From contig OZ241889.1 in assembly GCA_965203355.1 (NCBI GenBank), positions 3,808,001 to 3,872,000 of the forward strand: a stretch of DNA of 64,000 nt, written 5' to 3'. The translations under genes and the position numbers were made by a program. This DNA comes from Candidatus Latescibacterota bacterium (lineage in GTDB: Bacteria > Latescibacterota > UBA2968 > UBA8231). Below are positions 57,918-64,000 of this stretch, piece by piece. Numbering within the stretch: the stretch's first letter is position 1; each line of letters opens with the position of its first letter. A model generated the notes under the pieces. The model worked only from the letters and a program-made list of their open reading frames with translations. It had not been told where the DNA came from and did not search any database.

Positions 57918-58904
57918 TCAATGGTCCCTCGGCACGGCCATCATCCGCTCCAACGCCCGCCGCGCTCCGGCGATCACCTCGTCGTCCAGTGTGATTTCGT
58001 AGCGCTCGTAGAGCAGCGCAAAGTACACGTCTTGTAGGTCGGTGATTTTCATGTAGGGACAGTGTAGCCGGCAGCCAATGCAACCGTCTGCCGCTACGAA
58101 CTCTTGGTGCGGGAAGCGCTGCCGAAGCTGATGCAACATGCCGTTTTCTGTGGCGATGATGAAGCTCTTGGCCTCGGGATACTTTTCAACGGCCTTGAGC
58201 ATCCCGGTGGTCGAGCACACTTCGTGCGCGATTTCGACCACGTCTTGGCGGCATTCCGGGTGTGCAATGACGACGGCCTCGGGAAACTCGCTGCGGGTGC
58301 GCTCGACGCTGGCCGCGCGCAGCACGTCGTGCGTCGGGCAAGCACCGTCGTACACCACGATCTCTTTTTCCGGCACCTGCTCAGCCACCCAGCGGCCCAA
58401 GTTGCGGTCGGGCGTAAAGAGGATCTGGTCGTTGTCGAGGCTGCGCACCACTGAAACGGCGTTGGCCGAGGTGCAGCAGATGTCGGACTCAGCCTTCACC
58501 TCAGCCGTGGAGTTGACATACGTCACCACCGTGTGATCGGGATAGTCTGCTTTCCAATCGTCGAGGCTTTCGGGCGTGATGGAATCGGCCAGCGAACAGC
58601 CCGCGCCTAAATGGGGCAAAAACACCTGCTTGCCGGGGCTGAGGATTTTGGCCGACTCAGCCATAAAATGCACGCCGCAAAAGACGATGCGCTCGGCATC
58701 TGTCTTAGCGGCTTCCACGGACAGCCCGAGCGAATCACCCGTGAAGTCGGCCAAGTCTTGGATCGGCGGAATCTGGTAGTTGTGCGCGAGGATGACCGCG
58801 TTTTTCTCGCGGCGCAAGTGATTGATCTGGGCGATGAGCTCCTCGGCGGGGAGGTCGCTGTAATACGGCCCAGCGGCTGGGGCGATCGTCTCTGAGTACG
58901 TCAT
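57918..58904 (-). CDS. nadA: Quinolinate synthase
   Basis: LAHNYQ, GDSL, FCGVHFMAE, GCSLAD, YVNS, CTSAN, CPTH, HPEC and CPYMK. Confidence 0.96.
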   Translation of the reverse strand: MTYSETIAPAAGPYYSDLPAEELIAQINHLRREKNAVILAHNYQIPPIQDLADFTGDSLGLSVEAAKTDAERIVFCGVHFMAESAKILSPGKQVFLPHLGAGCSLADSITPESLDDWKADYPDHTVVTYVNSTAEVKAESDICCTSANAVSVVRSLDNDQILFTPDRNLGRWVAEQVPEKEIVVYDGACPTHDVLRAASVERTRSEFPEAVVIAHPECRQDVVEIAHEVCSTTGMLKAVEKYPEAKSFIIATENGMLHQLRQRFPHQEFVAADGCIGCRLHCPYMKITDLQDVYFALLYERYEITLDDEVIAGARRALERMMAVPRDH

Positions 58905-59110
58905 GGCTTGACTTGCGCTCCTTCGTCGGGGGGGATGGTCTCGGTGCCGTTGGGAAAAACGCGCCAAAACTCCTTGCGAATGAGGCCGGCGATCATGGCG
59001 CTTTTGCTGCTGCCGTGATAGCGGGCAATCGCGTCGAGCATCTCGTGATCCCTATCGGGTGCCGAAAAGGTCCGCACCTTGGCCCGGCGACTTTGGTCTT
59101 TAGGTGGCAT
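58901..59110 (-). CDS. Ribbon-helix-helix (CopG-like) DNA-binding protein
   Basis: VRTFSA strand, DRDHEMLDAIARYHG helix and SKSAMIAGLIRKE helix; its stop overlaps the nadA ATG (ATGA). Confidence 0.75.
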   Translation of the reverse strand: MPPKDQSRRAKVRTFSAPDRDHEMLDAIARYHGSSKSAMIAGLIRKEFWRVFPNGTETIPPDEGAQVKP

Positions 59111-59154
59111 CAAACTATTTATTTATTATATAAAATTTGATTAAAAACACCGAC

Positions 59155-59183
59155 AATTTAGCGAATTGCGGGCAATCCGTCAA
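59155..59183 (-). promoter_or_regulatory. sigma70-type promoter of RHH-nadA
   Basis: Minus strand TTGACG-17 bp-TAAATT, bracketed by the inverted repeat CGACAATTT (59151-59159) / AAATTGTCG (59208-59216). Confidence 0.6.
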
Positions 59184-59231
59184 TACATTTGTAACCGCAC
59201 TTTAACAAAATTGTCGCGATGGAGCGCGGCC

Positions 59232-60458
59232 TTATAGCTGACTAATCCGCGCCATGGCCTCTTCGATCCGGTCGCGGTGATTAAAGGCCGATAGGCGCAA
59301 GTATCCCTCGCCCGCCGCGCCAAAACCTGCCCCCGGCGTGCCGACGATGTGGGCTTTGTCGAGCAAGTAGTCGAAGTAAGTCCAACTGTCCTGTCCGTCG
59401 GGCGTGGCCACCCACAAATAGGGAGCGTGCTCGCCCCCATACACGGTAAGCCCGGCCGCCGCCAACTGCTGGCGCATGATCGCGGCATTTTCCAAGTAGA
59501 ACGCAACGCGCTCGGCCATGCCTTGCTGGCCAGCCGGAGAGTACGCGGCCTCGGCCGCGCGCTGCACCGGATACGCCACGCCATTAAACTTAGTCGAGTG
59601 CCGCCGCGCCCACAGCCGATGCAGATCCACTTCCTCGCCTGAGGCCGCGCGGCCCTTGAGTTCCTTCGGCACCACAATGTACCCACAGCGCAGGCCGGTA
59701 AAGCCGGCGTTTTTGGAAAAACTGCGAAACTCGATCGCGGCCTCGCGGGCCCCTTCAATCTCGTAGATGGAGCGCGGGAGCGTCGGATCGGTGATGTAGC
59801 TTTCGTAGGCCGCGTCAAACAGAATGACCGCCTGTTGCCGACGGGCGTATTCAATCCAGCGAGCTAAAGCGTCGCGGGGCATCACCGCGCCCGTGGGATT
59901 GTTGGGCGAGCACAGGTAGATTAGATCGACGCGACCGACGGGCCGATCCGGGATGAAGCCATTGGCGGCCGTGCATGGCATATAGACCATACCGGCGTAC
60001 GAACCGTTCTCGTCGGCCGGCCCGGTGCGGCCCGCCATGACGTTGGAATCGCAGTACACCGGATAGACCGGATCGGTCAGCGCGACCACGCAATCGCTGG
60101 CGAAAATTTCCTGCACATTGCCCGAGTCGCACTTGGACCCGTCGGAGACAAAAATCTCGTCGCGGTGCATCTGCACACCGCGGGCGCAAAAGTCGTGCTC
60201 GACAATGGCGGCGCGCAAAAAATCCTGACCTTGGTCGGGCGGATAGCCCTGTAAAGTCTCGTCGTGCGCCATTTCCTCGACGGCCTCTTTCATCGCATCG
60301 ACCATGGGCCGCGGAATGCCCTTGACCACGTCGCCGATCCCCAAGCGGATCACGTCGGCCTGGGGGTGGGCAGCAACAAACGCATCGACCCGGCGGGCGA
60401 TTTCGGGAAAGAGATAACCAGCTTTGAGCTTGAGATAGTGATCGTTGATATGCACCAT
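59232..60458 (-). CDS. dapL: LL-diaminopimelate aminotransferase
   Basis: [37 protein letters not shown] and [13 protein letters not shown]. Confidence 0.94.
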   Translation of the reverse strand: MVHINDHYLKLKAGYLFPEIARRVDAFVAAHPQADVIRLGIGDVVKGIPRPMVDAMKEAVEEMAHDETLQGYPPDQGQDFLRAAIVEHDFCARGVQMHRDEIFVSDGSKCDSGNVQEIFASDCVVALTDPVYPVYCDSNVMAGRTGPADENGSYAGMVYMPCTAANGFIPDRPVGRVDLIYLCSPNNPTGAVMPRDALARWIEYARRQQAVILFDAAYESYITDPTLPRSIYEIEGAREAAIEFRSFSKNAGFTGLRCGYIVVPKELKGRAASGEEVDLHRLWARRHSTKFNGVAYPVQRAAEAAYSPAGQQGMAERVAFYLENAAIMRQQLAAAGLTVYGGEHAPYLWVATPDGQDSWTYFDYLLDKAHIVGTPGAGFGAAGEGYLRLSAFNHRDRIEEAMARISQL

Positions 60459-60484
60459 GATATTCACTTTCTTGGAATAAAATG

Positions 60485-60558
60485 TAGGAATTAAGCGTTA
60501 CGAATTATCAATCATCCGTTCCCAATTCGCAATTCCTAATTCTCAACTTTCAACTCAA
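60485..60558. repeat. Degenerate heptamer repeats forming an imperfect palindrome
   Basis: AATTCGC-AATTCCT-AATTCTC-AACTTTC-AACTCAA (60524-60558), with reverse-complement units TAGGAATT and CGAATT upstream. Confidence 0.55.
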
Positions 60559-60573
60559 AAAGGAGACTCGCTC

Positions 60574-61536
60574 GTGGATATAAGTTTTATGACCAGCGCC
60601 GGCGGCCCAAACCATTGGTCTCTCGACGAATGCGCCCGCTGGGCGCGCGCGCACGATTTCGACTGCGTGCGCTTAAACGACTCCGGCGCACTCGCCTCCG
60701 ATCGCATTCTATCCGTCGGGCCGGACTCCGCCCTAGCGACCTTGCGCCAGCACGACCTGTACCTCGCCGCCCTCACCGCGCACTACAACCTGCTCGACGA
60801 CGACCGCGAGCAGGCCCGCGTCGCCCAAGCCAAGCTGCTCAAGGCCATTGCGGCGGCCCGCGCCCTCGACTGCCCGGTCGTCGTCACCAGCAGTGGCGCA
60901 CCCGTGCGCAACGGCCAGTTCTACGGCATGTTCTCCGCCGAACCCGGCAACCCCAGCGACCGCTCCGACGAATTAGTGGACCGCTTCCAAGCCATGTTCG
61001 AGCCGGTAGTGCAAGCGGCTGAAGACAACAAGGTCCGGCTCGCACTCGACGTGGCCGTGCGCATGGGCCAGATCGGCTGCAATCCAGAGATGTGGGAAAA
61101 AATCCTCAACGCCGTGCCCTCGGATCACCTCGGCTTGTCCTGCGATCCCTCGCACTGGCTGTGGATGCACATCCTGCCGGTCGAAGACGTCATCCGCGAC
61201 TTTGCCGGCCATTGGTACTACGCCGACGTCAAGGACTGCGAGATCAGCCCGCGGATGCTCTACCGCCAAGGCATCATCGGCAACTGGTGGTGGCAATACC
61301 GCGTCCCCGGCCGCGGCCAACTCAACTGGAGCACCATCATCGGCGCCCTGTGGGAATCGGGCTACGACTACGTGCTGTGCGTGGAGAACGAAGATCGCGG
61401 CTTCCCCGGCCTAGCGGGCTTTGCCTTTGGCGGCCAACACCTGCGCGGCTTGCTGCCGCCCAAAGCGTCCGGCTTTAAGCGGCAAGGCGGGCCTTGGCAG
61501 ACGAGCGGCTGGGAGCGCAAGAGTGGGAGGGGCTAG
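60574..61536 (+). CDS. Sugar phosphate isomerase/epimerase (AP endonuclease 2 / xylose-isomerase-like TIM barrel)
   Basis: DPSHWLW, DVKD, RVPGRGQLNW and CVENED; AAGGAG RBS, GTG start. Confidence 0.82.
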   Translation: MDISFMTSAGGPNHWSLDECARWARAHDFDCVRLNDSGALASDRILSVGPDSALATLRQHDLYLAALTAHYNLLDDDREQARVAQAKLLKAIAAARALDCPVVVTSSGAPVRNGQFYGMFSAEPGNPSDRSDELVDRFQAMFEPVVQAAEDNKVRLALDVAVRMGQIGCNPEMWEKILNAVPSDHLGLSCDPSHWLWMHILPVEDVIRDFAGHWYYADVKDCEISPRMLYRQGIIGNWWWQYRVPGRGQLNWSTIIGALWESGYDYVLCVENEDRGFPGLAGFAFGGQHLRGLLPPKASGFKRQGGPWQTSGWERKSGRG

Positions 61537-61611
61537 CGTGGGCAACTTGCCGTTGGGATCATTTGCCGTACTATTATTATTTGCTGCGTTGCCCACAGCC
61601 ACAGAGGACCC

Positions 61612-63285
61612 ATGAGCACAGACAAAAGCCGCGACTTCATCCGCGAGGCGATCGACGCCGACCTCAAAAGCGGCCGCTACGACCGCGTCATCACCCGCTT
61701 TCCACCCGAGCCTAACGCGCACCTGCACATCGGCCACGCCAAGGCGATCTGCATCAACTTTGGCATGGCTGCCGCCTACGGCGGCCAGTGCAATCTCCGC
61801 TACGACGACACCAACCCCACCCGCGAAGATCAGGCCTATGTGGACTCCATGCAGGAGGACATTCGCTGGCTCGGCTTCGACTGGGGGCCGCAGCCATACT
61901 ACGCTTCCGACTATTTCGGCCAACTTTACGAATGGGCTGTCGCGCTCATTAAAAAGGGCTTGGCGTACGTGGATGACCAGACCGCGGACGAGATTCGGGA
62001 AAATCGCGGTACGCTCACCGAGCCGGGCCAAAACAGCCCGTGCCGGGACCGCTCCATCGAAGAAAACCTCGGCCTCTTCGCGCAGATGAAAGACGGCGCA
62101 TTCCCGGATGGCAGCCGCGTATTGCGCGCCAAAATCGACATGGCCGCGCCCAACATCAACCTGCGCGACCCGGTCATGTACCGCATCATGCACACCCACC
62201 ACCACCGCACCGGCAATACCTGGTGCATTTATCCCATGTACGACTGGGCACACGGCCAGAGTGACGCCATCGAAGGCGTTACGCATTCGCTGTGCTCAGA
62301 CGAATTTACCAACAACCGACCGCTCTACGACTGGTTCATCGAAAAACTCGGCATCTTCCCCTCGCGCCAAATTGAGTATGCCCGCGGCAATATCACCTAC
62401 ACCCTCCTGTCCAAGCGATACCTCCTGTCGCTCATCGAGCAGAATCTCGTCTCCGGTTGGGACGATCCTCGGCTCTACACGCTGCGCGGCCTGCGCCGCT
62501 TGGGGTACCCAGCCGCGGCCATCCGCCGCTTCTGGACCGAGGCCGGCATTGCCAAACGCGGCAACAACATCGACATCGCCCTCCTCGAATACTGCATCCG
62601 CGACCAGCTCAACCACACAGCACCCCGGCGCATGGGGGTGCTCAACCCGCTCAAGGTCGTAATTGAAAACTACCCAGCGGACCAAAGCGAGATGCTACCG
62701 GCCATCAACAACCCGGAAGACGACAGCGCCGGCACCCGCTCCATCCCCTTTTCGCGGCACCTCTACATCGAGCGCGAGGACTTTATGGAAGACCCGCCGC
62801 GCAAGTTCTTTCGCCTCGCCCCAGGCCGCGAAGTCCGCCTGCGTTACGCCTATTTCATCACCTGCACCAAAGTTGTCAAAGACGACAAGGGCGAGATCGC
62901 AGAACTGCGCTGCACATACGACCCGGCCACCCGCGGCGGCAACGCGCCCGATGGCCGCAAGGTCAAAGCCACCCTGCACTGGGTTTCGATCCCCCACGCG
63001 GTCCCCGCCGAGGTGCGGCTCTACGACCGGCTTTTCAAGGTCGAAAAACCGCTTGAAGCCCCGCCCGGCGGCACGTGGCTGGACAACCTCAATCCAGACT
63101 CGCTCAAAGTCCTCAACCCTTGCTATCTAGAGCCATCCCTCGCCGACATGGCCCCCGGGGATTCCTGCCAGTTTGAGCGGCTCGGCTACTTCTGCGCCGA
63201 CCGCGAGGACCACGCGCCCAACGCGCCCGTCTTCAACCGCACCGTCACCTTGCGCGACACTTGGGCGCGGATCCAAAAGGGCTAG
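61612..63285 (+). CDS. glnS: Glutamine--tRNA ligase
   Basis: [37 protein letters not shown] and QFERLGYF. Confidence 0.96.
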   Translation: MSTDKSRDFIREAIDADLKSGRYDRVITRFPPEPNAHLHIGHAKAICINFGMAAAYGGQCNLRYDDTNPTREDQAYVDSMQEDIRWLGFDWGPQPYYASDYFGQLYEWAVALIKKGLAYVDDQTADEIRENRGTLTEPGQNSPCRDRSIEENLGLFAQMKDGAFPDGSRVLRAKIDMAAPNINLRDPVMYRIMHTHHHRTGNTWCIYPMYDWAHGQSDAIEGVTHSLCSDEFTNNRPLYDWFIEKLGIFPSRQIEYARGNITYTLLSKRYLLSLIEQNLVSGWDDPRLYTLRGLRRLGYPAAAIRRFWTEAGIAKRGNNIDIALLEYCIRDQLNHTAPRRMGVLNPLKVVIENYPADQSEMLPAINNPEDDSAGTRSIPFSRHLYIEREDFMEDPPRKFFRLAPGREVRLRYAYFITCTKVVKDDKGEIAELRCTYDPATRGGNAPDGRKVKATLHWVSIPHAVPAEVRLYDRLFKVEKPLEAPPGGTWLDNLNPDSLKVLNPCYLEPSLADMAPGDSCQFERLGYFCADREDHAPNAPVFNRTVTLRDTWARIQKG

Positions 63286-63432
63286 CCACGCCCACCGCCG
63301 CGCATGCCGATTTCGCGCCTCCTATCGGCCCTGCTGCTGGCGGCTGAGGCCCCCCTGCCCTAACTTTATCTTTTGCGCGGAACCATGCTCCGCACCGCAA
63401 CATCATATATAGCGATCCCAAGCCTAATCCCT

Positions 63433-63999
63433 ATGGACCTCCCACCCCTTCTCGCATCCCTAGCCGCGCTGCGCCGCCGCGCCCTGGGCCTAACCATATG
63501 CTCTACACTGACCTTGGTCCTAGCGGCCGGCTTGGCGTTTGCCCTACTGTGGGTCCTGCTCGAAGCCCTGTTATTCCTCTCGCCGCCTTGGCGCACGGGC
63601 TTGGGCCTCTTGGCACTTTTGGCGACCTCGGGTGTGCTGGCATTTGCTCTCAAGCGCCACGTACCCGTTCTCCTCTCGCAGCACCGCTTCGCCCTCTTTG
63701 TCGAAAGGCGCTGTCCCCCGCTCCAACAGCGGCTGATTAGCGCGCTAGAGCTATCTGGCACCGACCCAGCCCTTCACTCGCCCGCGCTGCTTGCCGCCAC
63801 GAGCGAACGGGCCGCCCAGCTTTTGCGGGCCGCCGATCCGGCCCAAATTCTCGACCGTCGGCCACTCCATGCCTACCTGCGCCTACTCGGCGGCGCAGTG
63901 GCGGTCGCGCTACTCTGCAGCACCCTGTTTGGCGACGACCTCGCCCAAGCAGCCCAGCGCTGTGCCCATCCCCTCACCGCGTATGAGCGGCCGCCGCGC
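63433..63999 (+). CDS. Membrane protein, DUF4175-like N-terminus (partial)
   Basis: Open to the window end: MDLPPLLASLAALRRRALG...LEALLFLSPPWR...VERRCPPLQQRLISALEL, with TM segments. Confidence 0.6.
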   Translation, partial: MDLPPLLASLAALRRRALGLTICSTLTLVLAAGLAFALLWVLLEALLFLSPPWRTGLGLLALLATSGVLAFALKRHVPVLLSQHRFALFVERRCPPLQQRLISALELSGTDPALHSPALLAATSERAAQLLRAADPAQILDRRPLHAYLRLLGGAVAVALLCSTLFGDDLAQAAQRCAHPLTAYERPPR

Positions 64000-64000
64000 A

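Noticed and set aside
58901-59110. RHH as the antitoxin of a type II toxin-antitoxin pair
   Set aside because: No adjacent toxin ORF; the coupled downstream gene is nadA.

Overview
64 kb of GC-rich bacterial chromosome. The mix of PhyH dioxygenases, a sulfatase, sugar-acid enzymes and several R-M loci suggests an uncultured heterotroph, possibly host-associated; this is inference only. Housekeeping genes are glnD, msrB, purL, sucA, sucB, lpdA, xylA, nadA, dapL and glnS. Accessory content: (i) an iron/heme uptake region (porin, imelysin, di-heme protein, then a lower-GC PepSY and TonB-receptor pair); (ii) a partner-switching cascade (REC-PP2C, RsbW-type kinase, periplasmic ligand-binding protein, TorS-like histidine kinase) converging on an amt-STAS operon that has no adjacent glnK; (iii) three R-M loci among housekeeping genes, one with a decayed endonuclease; (iv) a helicase-exonuclease fusion resembling MrfA plus MrfB, next to a gene remnant and a 152-bp direct repeat; (v) a sigma54-type promoter before hsp20; (vi) a small ribbon-helix-helix gene translationally coupled to nadA. 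The best candidates for undescribed systems are the Amt/STAS partner-switching module and the RHH-nadA regulator. No rRNA, tRNA, CRISPR array or intact transposase/integrase was seen. All calls come from motif recognition by eye; no searches were run.
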